The translations under genes were made by a program, and so were the position numbers. A DNA stretch of 63,969 bases, the filler included, from Lama guanicoe (lineage: Eukaryota), in NCBI GenBank assembly GCA_013239625.1. It is 104 parts of 104 records of this genome, joined end to end, with 100 filler letters (N's around TTAATTAATTAA, not from the genome) between each part and the next. Parts side by side here need not be neighbours in the genome. Positions count along the whole stretch, not along the records: positions 22,786 to 23,619 come from PNXV01027336.1; positions 23,720 to 24,682 come from PNXV01027337.1; positions 24,783 to 25,393 come from PNXV01027338.1; positions 25,494 to 25,940 come from PNXV01027339.1; positions 26,041 to 26,805 come from PNXV01027340.1; positions 26,906 to 27,473 come from PNXV01027341.1; positions 27,574 to 28,020 come from PNXV01027343.1; positions 28,121 to 28,498 come from PNXV01027344.1; 96 more parts are not named here. One strand, given 5' to 3'. Under the pieces are notes generated by a model. It saw nothing but the letters and a program-made list of their open reading frames with translations. It was not told the origin of the DNA and made no database searches. How positions within the stretch are numbered: the stretch's first letter is position 1; the number at the start of each line of letters is the position of its first letter. Below are positions 22,786 through 33,821 of the stretch, piece after piece.

Positions 22786-23619
22786 GCACTGAAAATGGTT
22801 CCGGAATCCTGAGCGTGGGGAGGGTCCACCAACGCTCGGCAGCGAGTGGGTTCTAACGGAATGCCTTTGCTCGTCTCCCCTGAGGGTTTTCCTCATGTCT
22901 CTGTGCCAGGGAATGCTAGGGGTGGTTGCAGGAAATCCCAGGGACAGAGGCGGCCTCCCCAAGGTCAGGGAAGGTATTTCTCGGACTTCCCCGGACAGGG
23001 AACACCTGTGACTGAAGAGAGCTGCGTGGAGTTGTCTCTCGAGCTCCCCCACGCACTGCAAATGGTTCCGGAATCCTGAGCGTGGGGAGGTTCCACCAAC
23101 GGTCGGCAGCGCGTGGGTTCCAACGGAATGCCTGAGCTGGTCTCCCCTGATGGTTTTCCTAATGTCTGTGCCAGGGAATGATAAGGGGTGTTGCAGGAAA
23201 TCCCAGTGACAGAGGCGGCCTCCCCAAGGTCTGGGAAGGTATTTCTCGGACTTCCCCGGACAGGGAACACCTGTGACTGAAGGGAGCTGCGTCGAGTTGT
23301 CTATCGAAATCCCCCACTCAATGACAATGGTTCCGGAATCCTGAGCGTGGGGAGGTTCCACCAACGGTCGGCAGCGCGGGGGTTCTAACGGAATGCCTGT
23401 GCTCGTCTCCCCTGAGGGTTTTCCTCATGTCTCTGTGCCAGGGAATGCTAGGGGAGGTTGCAGGAAATCCCAGTGACAGAGGCTGCCTCCCCAAGGTCAG
23501 GGAAGTTTTATCTCACACTTCCCCGAGCAGGGAACACCTGTGACTGAAGGGAGCTGCGTCGAGTTGTCTATCGAAATCCCCCACTCAATGACAATGGTTC
23601 CGGAATCCTGAGCGTGGGG
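22786..23619 (+). repeat. 267-bp satellite, mixed variants
   Basis: Three monomers. One has a 2-bp deletion near 23165. Confidence 0.96.
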
Positions 23620-24782
23620 NNNNNNNNNNNNNNNNNNNNNNNNNNNNNNNNNNNNNNNNNNNNTTAATTAATTAANNNNNNNNNNNNNNNNNNNNNNNNN
23701 NNNNNNNNNNNNNNNNNNNTGGATTAACGAGGTAAATGATGGTCCTGCTTTGCTATGATTAGGGAAAGATGCAGAGGGATTTCTGGGGGAAAACTAATGA
23801 GTTCAGCTGTGAGTAAATTTAAAGGCTTTTGAATGTGTGGTCTGGAAGCTCAGGTGAGACCCAGTAGTGAGTAGGGGGAGGGGAGAGTTACATTCAAATC
23901 ATCTTGTCTTGTGAACATACAAATAAGTCTGAGTAATGACACACTTAACACCTCTATATTCGGGATTTAAAGCCCCCAGTAACATTTTGCCCTATTGACT
24001 GCAGAGGTTCTTAATTTTTTTTAATAGAAATAAATAGAAACAAAATAGTGGAGTTAATGACCATCTTAGAGTTGATGTGTGTCCTTGTATGTATTTTTAT
24101 ACCTCATCTGTTTATAACCATAATCTACAAAAAGTTAGCTTGCTTAGCATAAGAGTTAAACAGAGGGCCTTGACACACACTGTTGGGGGTTGAAGCTGAT
24201 CTTCTTGGGCAAATTATGTAGCCTCTCTGTGCCTTAGTTGCATCTTCTGTGACTGACCCTGGGCCTCTCATCACATCAGATTTCCTAGACTAGATGTTGG
24301 GAGGGAGGCTGCTGAAGTGACTAAGAAGTGGCAACTGCTAGGGACACTGAAGGGAGAGAGAAAAACAGATTAAAGCTGATAAACTGAGTACAAATACCCT
24401 CAAAAGGGAAAGACTCCCTCAGTGTTTTGGGCCACTTAGCGTAAGGGAAACAAAATCACGTGGATCCAAAGCTCTTGAGCATGAGAGTATTGTGGGTGGG
24501 AGGGTGTCATCAGAAAAGTGTTGATAAAAGGCCTCTTGGTTTCCCTTAACGTTTGCAGTAAGAATGGGGCGCAGAAGCGAAAACCACCCACTTCACAGTA
24601 GAGGGTGCCTTTTTCTGCGAAACTGACCAAAGTTTGGAAACCTGTCATCAGTTGTGCTGGCAAATGAAGAGACTCCTGGATGNNNNNNNNNNNNNNNNNN
24701 NNNNNNNNNNNNNNNNNNNNNNNNNNTTAATTAATTAANNNNNNNNNNNNNNNNNNNNNNNNNNNNNNNNNNNNNNNNNNNN

Positions 24783-25393
24783 GAGTAATTGAAAATAGAA
24801 CAGGTAAAAACAGATTTTAAAAAAACAAAAACAAAAAACAAAAAAAACAGAACAAAACAAAACAAAAAGGGGTTGTCGGTGTTCTCCTGGAGTCTGTGTG
24901 CTTTTAATGTGAAGTCCTTCTGTCTTTGTCCTGTTTTGGAAGCTCAGCTTGTTTTCATAGGCCCTCCGTCGGCGCCCTCTTCTGTGCTGCTCCCAGCACC
25001 CGTGGGCAAGAAGATCGCGCCTCCTCCTAACACGGGGTCAGATGCAGCTCTCCTCTGCTGCGGGCTGGCGGGTCACTGCCCCTCCGGATGCCGTAGTCAG
25101 ATGTTGCAGACTGGCCAGGCAGGATGGCGGGTCGTGCCCCCTCTCAGCACCTCGGTCAGGGGCTGTACTCCTACCCTACAGGCGGGGGGCCGCTCTCCCT
25201 CTGCCTGTGTCGCCGGTAGCTCGGCTGCTCTGTGCAGCTGCGTGCTCTGCCCTGGTCGGCGCTCCACCCTCCCGGCGCTCCGCCCTGGCTGGCGCTCCGC
25301 CCTGGCTGGCGCTCCGCCCTGGTCGCGCTCCGCGGTTGGGCTCCAGGAAGACCGAGGGGCAGCCTCCTCCCTGCTCCGAGCCAAGACCCAGCT
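24783..25393 (-). mobile_element. Young LINE-1 5'UTR-like interspersed repeat
   Basis: CpG-rich region followed by a T-rich tract on the minus strand. Homologous to 50421-51204 and 51305-51740. Confidence 0.7.
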
Positions 25394-25493
25394 NNNNNNN
25401 NNNNNNNNNNNNNNNNNNNNNNNNNNNNNNNNNNNNNTTAATTAATTAANNNNNNNNNNNNNNNNNNNNNNNNNNNNNNNNNNNNNNNNNNNN

Positions 25494-25940
25494 CTAAATT
25501 CTATATTCAGTGTTCTGTATTCTATATTCTAATTCAGTGTTCAGCAATCTAGGTACTAAATCCTATATTCAGTATTTTGTGTTCTATATTCTAAATCCTG
25601 TGTTCTGCATTTCATGTTCTAAATTCTTTATTCTATATTCTCTATTCTGTATTCTATATACTGTGTTCTATTTTCTATATTCTAAATACTATATTCAGTA
25701 ATCTACATTCTATATTCTAAATTCTACATTCAGTATTCTGCATTGTATATACTATATTCTGTGCTCTGAATTCCATGTTCTAAATTCTGGCTTCTATATT
25801 CTCTATTCAATAGTCTAAATTTTGTGTTATTCATTCTATATTCTACATTAAATATAATGCATTCAGTATTCTATTATCTATATTCTGTGTTCTAAGTTCT
25901 ATATTCTAAATTCAATATTCAGTATTCTGTATTCTATATT
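25494..25940 (+). repeat. AT-rich heptamer-based satellite
   Basis: Same 7-mer vocabulary. Confidence 0.93.
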
Positions 25941-26040
25941 NNNNNNNNNNNNNNNNNNNNNNNNNNNNNNNNNNNNNNNNNNNNTTAATTAATTAANNNN
26001 NNNNNNNNNNNNNNNNNNNNNNNNNNNNNNNNNNNNNNNN

Positions 26041-26805
26041 TGGAGTGGAGTTTGCAACTGAAAAGAACCTTTGTGTTCCCTTCAAGCTAAGTGAAGTTGT
26101 CTTTCACACACACTTATCTCTCAGAACTTTGCATGTGGAGAGACGTTCGTTCATCCAGCACAAAGGGAACGGGTTGCAGGAATAAACAATTACTGTGCTT
26201 TCTCAGTCATTTTCCTAGTGCCAGTTTGAAGTGCCTGCCGTTTTCACTGTAAAACCCAGTTGGAGCTTGTAGTTCCTCATATATATGTATGGAGTGGAGT
26301 TGGCAACTGAAAAGAAACTTTGTGTTCCCTTCCAGCTAGGTGAAGGACGGCTTTCACACACACTTATCTCTCAGAACTGAGCATGTGGAGAGACGTTCGT
26401 TCATCCAGCACAAAGGGAACGGGTTACAGGAGAAACATTTACTCTGCTTTCTCAGTCATTTTCCTAGTGCCGGTTTGAAGTGCCTGCTCTTTTCACTGTA
26501 AAACCGAGTTGGAGCTTGTACCTCCCCATATATATGTATGGAGTGGATTTTCAACTGAAAAGAAACTTTGTGTTCCCTTCAAGCTAGGTGAAGGACGGCT
26601 TTCACACACACTTATCTCTCAGAACTGAGCATGTGGAGAGACATTCGTTCATCAAGCAATAAGGGAAAGATTTGCAGGAGAAACACTTCCTCTGCTTTCT
26701 CAGTGTTTTTCCTAGTGCGTGTTTCAAGTGCCTGCCGGTTTCACTGTAAGCCCGAATTGGAGCTTGTACCTCCCCATATATATGTATGGAGTGGATTTTC
26801 AACTG
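26041..26805 (+). repeat. 249-bp satellite, 3 monomers
   Basis: CAACTG at 26055, 26304 and 26552. Confidence 0.97.
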
Positions 26806-27029
26806 NNNNNNNNNNNNNNNNNNNNNNNNNNNNNNNNNNNNNNNNNNNNTTAATTAATTAANNNNNNNNNNNNNNNNNNNNNNNNNNNNNNNNNNNNNNN
26901 NNNNNATGATTTCTCTAGATCCTTATAAGTCTATCTTTTCTCTTCACACAAGAGTGATTTAAAATAAACCTTTAGCAGCAATCTAGTTAAACTTACTCAG
27001 ATGAACAAATGAAAGTCCAAAGGAACTAC

Positions 27030-27220
27030 AAGTATGACTTGTCCTTGGATAAACTGACCAGTGTGCTTAGTCATCCAGACTTTATTTCCTCATCTGTAAA
27101 CTGGGAATAATATTAACCCTTAGCCTTTATGGAAGCTGTGAGGATTACTTCTTAGGTGGCATAATTAAAGTGTCAAGAACATTATGTGCTACAATTTAAT
27201 GCCAAATAATCTGCTTATTG
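27030..27220 (+). mobile_element. MIR SINE
   Basis: Core TTTCCTCATCTGTAAACTGGGAATAATA and GCTGTGAGGATTA. Confidence 0.75.
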
Positions 27221-27573
27221 TCTTTCTTCTTCCATTCCCAAAGCCCTTAATGTAACAGGCTAAAAATAATACTTCTTCAATGGCCAATATAGTGTATCTT
27301 CACAGAGAGATTACAATCACTGAATCGCCAATGAAAATTTTGAAAAAGAAAATAACAAAAAAGATTGTATTTCATTATCATTGCAATAGTGTTTGCAAAA
27401 ATAATACTATGGTCATACAATACATAGAATGTAATAATGAACACAATGTCTTTTATGCATAGCAGGTGTAAAGNNNNNNNNNNNNNNNNNNNNNNNNNNN
27501 NNNNNNNNNNNNNNNNNTTAATTAATTAANNNNNNNNNNNNNNNNNNNNNNNNNNNNNNNNNNNNNNNNNNNN

Positions 27574-28020
27574 TTCCGGAACCATTGTCAGTGCGTGAGG
27601 GAGATCGAGAGACAACTCCACGGAGCGCTGTTAAGTCACAGGTGTTCCCTCTTCGGGGAAGTCCGAGAAATACCTTCCTTGAGCTTAGGGAGGCAGACTC
27701 TGTAACTGGGAATTCCTGCAAACCCCCCTTGCATTCCCTGGCACAGAGACATTAGGAAAACCCTCAGGGGAGACGAGCTTAGGCATTCCGTTTGAACCCA
27801 CGCGCTGCCGACCGTTGGTGGAACCTCCCCACGCTCAGGATTCCGGAACCATTGTCAGTGCGTGAGGGAGATCGAGAGACAACTCCACGGAGCGCTGTTA
27901 AGTCACAGGTGTTCCCTCTTCGGGGAAGTCCGAGAAATACCTTCCTTGAGCTTAGGGAGGCAGACTCTGTAACTGGGAATTCCTGCAAACCCCCCTTGCA
28001 TTCCCTGGCACAGAGACATT
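27574..28020 (-). repeat. 267-bp satellite (reverse, variant B)
   Basis: The overlapping parts of the adjacent monomers appear identical. Confidence 0.96.
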
Positions 28021-28120
28021 NNNNNNNNNNNNNNNNNNNNNNNNNNNNNNNNNNNNNNNNNNNNTTAATTAATTAANNNNNNNNNNNNNNNNNNNNNNNN
28101 NNNNNNNNNNNNNNNNNNNN

Positions 28121-28498
28121 CATGATTATTCAAAAGAAAATACTCAAGGTGATATCAAGGATCATTCAGAATGCATCGAAACAGTATCGCGGCTTGCATG
28201 TACTCAGCACACTTGTATTCGGAAATCAGAGGTGTGCATTTATATTCATAAATGCTGATTCAAAAGAGCTTAGCGTGACCTAAACCAAATGCCTATTTGG
28301 AGTCCAGTGGATTCCTCGTCCTTGATATAGACTTCAAGTCTTCCAACAGGATGAATGAATGCCATATTGTACCCTACGTGGAGAAGAAATGGCATAAGCC
28401 TATAACAAATACAAGTAGCTCTGCAAATGTGTATTAAGAGCAAAAGAGTCAGACAGTAAACTGCACATTGGGGTTGGTTTCATTTCTAGGAATTTCAG
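28121..28498 (+). mobile_element. Old L1M 3' region, heavily diverged
   Basis: Weak similarity to old L1 3' ends (CCAAATGCCTAT, AAAAGAGTCAGACA, TTTCATTTCTAGGAATTTCAG). Confidence 0.4.
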
Positions 28499-28598
28499 NN
28501 NNNNNNNNNNNNNNNNNNNNNNNNNNNNNNNNNNNNNNNNNNTTAATTAATTAANNNNNNNNNNNNNNNNNNNNNNNNNNNNNNNNNNNNNNNNNNNN

Positions 28599-29024
28599 TC
28601 GGGGAAGTTCGAGAAATAACTTCCCTGATTTTGTGGAGGCAGCCTCTATCACTGGGACTTCCTACAACCCCCCCTAGCATTCCCTGGCACAGAGACATGA
28701 GGAAAACCCTCAGGGGAGACGAGCACAGGCATTCCGTTAGAACCCACGCGCTGCCGACCGTTGGTGGAACCTCCCCACGCTCAGGATTCCGGAACCATTG
28801 TCATTGAGTGGGGGAGTTCGAGAGACAACTCCACGCAGCTCTCTTCAGTCACAGGTGTTCCCTGCTCGGGGAAGTCCGAGAAATACCTTCCCTGACCTTG
28901 GGGAGGCAGCCTCTGTCACTGAGATTTCCTGCAACAACCCCTAGCAATCCCTGGCACAAAGACATTAGGAAAACGCTCAGGGGATTCGAGCAGAGGCATT
29001 CCGTTAGAACCCACGCGCTGCCGA
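28599..29024 (-). repeat. 267-bp satellite (reverse)
   Basis: About 1.6 monomers. Confidence 0.96.
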
Positions 29025-29659
29025 NNNNNNNNNNNNNNNNNNNNNNNNNNNNNNNNNNNNNNNNNNNNTTAATTAATTAANNNNNNNNNNNNNNNNNNNN
29101 NNNNNNNNNNNNNNNNNNNNNNNNGCAAGCAACCACCCTGGCGTGCGCAGTTGAAGTTATCGATATGTCCCATGGCCACACCCTGTTCATCTGCAGGACC
29201 AGAGACCAATTTGGCATTTTGCCAATAGAGCATGTGTGGGGCTGAATCAGAGATATTGTGCATCGGGTCTGAGGGATCCAGGGGGCCTTGGGTTTGAATT
29301 CAGAATGAAAAGCCTTAGGTTCTGCTACATTCAGAACCTGGGCTGTGATTATGGTTTGGTTTGAGGCACAGGATGTGCAACAGCTCTGTGGTTGCCTTCG
29401 TGCACCCGTGCCACAAGGATGAGAGGACAAGGAAGTGTGGTCCAAGACCACAGCGTGAGAAGAGGAAGGATGTCCTTCAGTTTATCTCTCTAAAAGCGGA
29501 TGCTACATTATGGATGGCACCGGCACAGTTCGGCAGCGAGGACACCAAGTTCGGGCTGCNNNNNNNNNNNNNNNNNNNNNNNNNNNNNNNNNNNNNNNNN
29601 NNNTTAATTAATTAANNNNNNNNNNNNNNNNNNNNNNNNNNNNNNNNNNNNNNNNNNNN

Positions 29660-30104
29660 TATAGAATACGGAATGAAGAATATAGAATGTGGAAAATAGA
29701 ATGAAGAACACAAAATATTGAATATATAAAAGAGAATATAAAACCCAGAATTTAGAAATGGAATGCAGAACACAGAATTTAGAATATAGAATACATAATA
29801 CTGAATACAGAATATAGAACATATGATGCAGAACACAGAATTTAGAATACAGAAAGCAGAATACTGAATATAGAAATTAGAACATGAAATGCAGAACACA
29901 GAACTTAGAATATAGAATATAAAATACTGAATGTAGAATTTAGAAAATAGAATGTAGAACACAGAATATAGAATAGAGAATATAGAACCAAGAATTTAGA
30001 ACATGGAATGTAGAACACAGAATTTAAAAAATAGAATACAGAAAAATAAAAATATATTTTAGAATATAGAATGTAGGACACAGAATATAGAATATAGAAT
30101 AAGG
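29660..30104 (-). repeat. AT-rich heptamer-based satellite (reverse)
   Basis: AGAATAT/AGAACAC units. Confidence 0.93.
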
Positions 30105-30319
30105 NNNNNNNNNNNNNNNNNNNNNNNNNNNNNNNNNNNNNNNNNNNNTTAATTAATTAANNNNNNNNNNNNNNNNNNNNNNNNNNNNNNNNNNNNNNNN
30201 NNNNCACAGTCCTCTCTGCAGTGGAGAAAGCCTTTAGCTTTAAAGGAGTGCCTGTGGTGAGAGAAAATATAGCTGAGGATAATGGAGACAGTGGGAATTC
30301 ATACACTTCATATGACTCT

Positions 30320-30671
30320 CACACCCACTTCCTTGCAAGTCATCTAACCAAGGTCCATGATGTGTTTACATGATGTTGTTAATTGCAGCTAAGGGTCATC
30401 TGGACAGACAGGAGCTACAGTTTCCAGGTTCCTCTGCAGCTGGATGGAGCCATGTGACTAGTCCTCACCCACAGAACAAGAGGACGGATGTGCCTCACCT
30501 GCAAGTCAAAATGAGCATGAAGAGGGGAACTTTCTCTGCCATCTCCTCCCCCGTGTGCTGACTCGCAGAAACTGACAGCGTCTCCAGGACTGATCCCCAA
30601 ATGATAGTTGAAGACGGAACCACCCCAACCCCTGATGAAGAACACTTGGATTGTGCAGTCATGTGAACAAA
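30320..30671 (+). mobile_element. Old MaLR LTR (MLT1J/I-like)
   Basis: CTACAGTTTCCAGGTTCCTCTGCAGCTGGATGGAGCCATGTGACTAG. Confidence 0.55.
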
Positions 30672-30771
30672 NNNNNNNNNNNNNNNNNNNNNNNNNNNNN
30701 NNNNNNNNNNNNNNNTTAATTAATTAANNNNNNNNNNNNNNNNNNNNNNNNNNNNNNNNNNNNNNNNNNNN

Positions 30772-31010
30772 ACAATTTCTTTTGATTTATAATCATTTTA
30801 CAGTGTTGTGTCAACTTCCATTGTAGAGCAGTTCAGTTATACATGAACATATATATATATTCATTGTCACATTTTTTCTCTGTGAGCTACCATAAGATCT
30901 TGTATATATTTGCCTGTGCTATACAGTATAATCTTGTTTCTCTATTCTACACTTTGAAATTCCAGTCTGTCCCTTCCCACCCACCCCCACCTTGGAAATG
31001 ACAAGTTTGT
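30772..31010 (-). mobile_element. LINE-1 3' terminus (lineage-specific)
   Basis: Antisense 3'UTR; the same terminus appears in sense at 37518-37590. Confidence 0.85.
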
Positions 31011-31922
31011 NNNNNNNNNNNNNNNNNNNNNNNNNNNNNNNNNNNNNNNNNNNNTTAATTAATTAANNNNNNNNNNNNNNNNNNNNNNNNNNNNNNNNNN
31101 NNNNNNNNNNTTGATTTTATTTAAAAATGAAATATATATTTATTTATATATACAGTGTGTGTGCTGTAATTAAAAGAGATTCAGAGGAATGCTACTACCT
31201 TAAAACCCCTTGCCAGACTGGAAAGATAAATTCTGGTAGAAAGCCCTTTCTCAGTACCGGAGACAGTGGACCAGGTGGAGTGAGGGTGGGTGACTGGCCT
31301 CAGCCCCATGGCTGGTTGGCGGTAGAGCTGGAAATGGAACTGAATCCTGTGTGTCTGAGCTGTGCCTCCGGGCTGCACATCCTTGCCGCCAAACATTCAG
31401 GCTCTGGTCATGACTAGCTCTGTGTGAATCTGGTGAGGGAACCCAAACCCAGGTTTCCATCGTGTACCGGAAACTTGGCCTCAGGTCACTAAGAAGTTCC
31501 CTGCGGTCTGTGAACCTCCCAGGCAGGTGGAGCCGGCTTCTGCCAGGCACTTGTCCCGCGATGCCATGAGGGATCTGTGGGTCTGAGCGGGCACCAGGTA
31601 CAATTCCGCAGGCTCAGTGTCGCCGCGTTCCAGGTGCACGCTAGCGTCGAATGACACGGGGACACCAGGAGCCTCCGCCAGCCATAGCGCTGTGGAGTAT
31701 TCCCCGCCCTGTCAGGGAGAGAGAGAAAAGGAGGAAATGATTTAGGAGGTGTGCGTACTCATTTGCAAATGAAGTTATGGAAGTTGCTGGTAGATTTATA
31801 TTGGTAATTAAGTGATAATGGCNNNNNNNNNNNNNNNNNNNNNNNNNNNNNNNNNNNNNNNNNNNNTTAATTAATTAANNNNNNNNNNNNNNNNNNNNNN
31901 NNNNNNNNNNNNNNNNNNNNNN

Positions 31923-32358
31923 TTTCTTTTTCATGCCTGATTGCTCTAGCTAGGGCTTCCAGCACTGTGCTTAATAGAAGTGGTGAGAATAGGCAGCCTT
32001 GGCTTGTTCCTTATCTTAGAGGAAGGGTTTTCAGCCTCTCATTGTTGAGTATGCAGTGTGCTGTGGACTTGTCATACATGGCCTTTATTATGTTGAGGTA
32101 TGTTCCTTCTTTGCCTACGTTGTTAAGTGTTTTTTTTGTCATGAATGCTGAATTTTTCAAATGAGTTTTTCAGTTTTTCAAATCTGTCACGATGATTATA
32201 TGATTCTTTTCTTCCATTCTGTTAATGTGATGCGTCATGTTGATTGATTCGTGTATTTTGAAACACCCTTGCATCCTGGGGATAAATTCCATTGGATCAT
32301 GGCTAATGGCCCTTCTGATGTGCTGCTGAATTCAGTTTGCTACTATTTTGTTAAGATT
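31923..32358 (-). mobile_element. LINE-1 ORF2 (RT) fragment
   Basis: Antisense motifs GAAGTGGTGAGAATAGGCAGCCTT and ATGGCCTTTATTATGTTGAGGTATGTTCCTTCT. Confidence 0.92.
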
Positions 32359-32458
32359 NNNNNNNNNNNNNNNNNNNNNNNNNNNNNNNNNNNNNNNNNN
32401 NNTTAATTAATTAANNNNNNNNNNNNNNNNNNNNNNNNNNNNNNNNNNNNNNNNNNNN

Positions 32459-32662
32459 GCCACTCTCACCATTTCTATTAAACACAGTATGGGAAGTCCT
32501 AGCAACACCAATCGGAATAGAAAAAAATTATTCAAGTTGGATTGAATGAACTACAACTGTTATTATTTTAGAGGACATAAAAATCTATATAGAGATCCCT
32601 AAAGATTCTCCATAGCAAAACAACAAAAACAAATAAAGACATTTAACAAACTTGCATGATTC
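32459..32662 (+). mobile_element. LINE-1 ORF2 fragment, diverged
   Basis: CCACTCTCACCATTTCTATTAAACACAGTATGGGAAGTCCTAGC corresponds to the PLSPLLFNIVLEVLA region. Confidence 0.75.
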
Positions 32663-32879
32663 NNNNNNNNNNNNNNNNNNNNNNNNNNNNNNNNNNNNNN
32701 NNNNNNTTAATTAATTAANNNNNNNNNNNNNNNNNNNNNNNNNNNNNNNNNNNNNNNNNNNNTGGATGATAATAGATAAATGGTCAAAATGAGTGGTGTA
32801 GGAAAGCGAAGTTTAACAAAGCCAGGAATAAGCAGAAAGACCCTCCCATTTATGTTGAATGAGCTGTTTATTAAAAGAT

Positions 32880-33020
32880 GGGGGGAAGTGTAGAGCTCAA
32901 TGGTAGAGCATGTGCTTAGCATTCACGAGGTCCCTGACACCTCTGTTAAAATAAGTAAGTAAGTAAGTAAGTAAATAAAATTACTCCCCCAAACAACAGC
33001 AACTCGAAAACAAAATTAAA
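32880..33020 (+). mobile_element. tRNA-derived SINE (camelid Vic-1-like), B-box deleted
   Basis: GGGGAAGTGTAGAGCTCAATGGTAGAGCATGTGCTTAGCATTCACGAGGTCC, a (TAAG)n tract, an A-rich tail and an imperfect TSD ATTAAAA(G)ATGGG. Confidence 0.85.
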
Positions 33021-33295
33021 AATGGGCAGAAATTGTAGCAGCTTGGAGAGTGGATTTAATGTGGTCCTGCTGATAATGCTGATAGGACCTTTGGGAATGG
33101 CCAAGGGAGAGAGTCTTGGTACCTGACCCGACCTCCCCAGGGTTCTTTTTTTTTNNNNNNNNNNNNNNNNNNNNNNNNNNNNNNNNNNNNNNNNNNNNTT
33201 AATTAATTAANNNNNNNNNNNNNNNNNNNNNNNNNNNNNNNNNNNNNNNNNNNNAAGAAAATTTGGTATCTATCAAATCTACACTTCCATTTGTG

Positions 33296-33821
33296 TGTGT
33301 GTGGGGTGGGGGGGAATTTCCCCCTGTACTCCTTAATTTTTTGTGGCTGAACTAATAAAATTGACACGAGTCGAATAAGTGGTAGAAAAATAAACAAATT
33401 TTAATTTGTGCATATTGGAGATCTCAAAAAAATGAGACCTAAAGAGGCAGCTTTTGTATTTTTTAGACAAAGAAACATTACATTTGTGAGGAATTGATGG
33501 GACAAAGAAACTTAGGTTTTGGGTGCTCAATAAATGAATTTAAACAGAGTCTGGGCTCTAGGTAGTAAATTAAAAAGAAGTAACAAGGTTAGTTTATATA
33601 GGCTTCTCGGTGTGAATTCCCCCTCTGGCAGTAAGGGTGTCCTTCTACCTCCAAACGTAGGGAGTGCACCTTTCACACAAGAGATTTATTTCCTTCTTTC
33701 ATGGGAGAGAAAAGAAGGTCAGAGTCCCTTTTGCATTGGCCATTTCTTAAGTAACCTGAATTCAAAATTATCAGTATGCCTTTGAGGCACATTTTGGGGT
33801 GGCTTATCCTGGGCCTTTACA
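33296..33821 (-). mobile_element. ERV1 solo LTR (MER34/MER39-like)
   Basis: The minus strand begins TGTAAAGGCCCAGGATAAGCCACCCCAAAATGTGCC...GGCATACTGATAATTTTGAATT. Confidence 0.75.

Noticed and set aside
24789..25445. 218-aa ORF, and the ORFs at 50369-51071
   Set aside because: They lie in a GC-rich L1 5'UTR-like repeat, and the frames are not consistently conserved between the three copies.
26041..26805. Common ancestry of the 249-bp and 267-bp satellites, and coding potential of the 249-bp (83-codon) unit
   Set aside because: Only short shared words (GGGTTGCAGGA, ACTGAA.AGA) with no colinear alignment by eye, and the frames I inspected contain stops.
32881..32945. tRNA gene
   Set aside because: No T-arm/B box or acceptor stem, and it is followed by a SINE tail. 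It is a tRNA-derived SINE.
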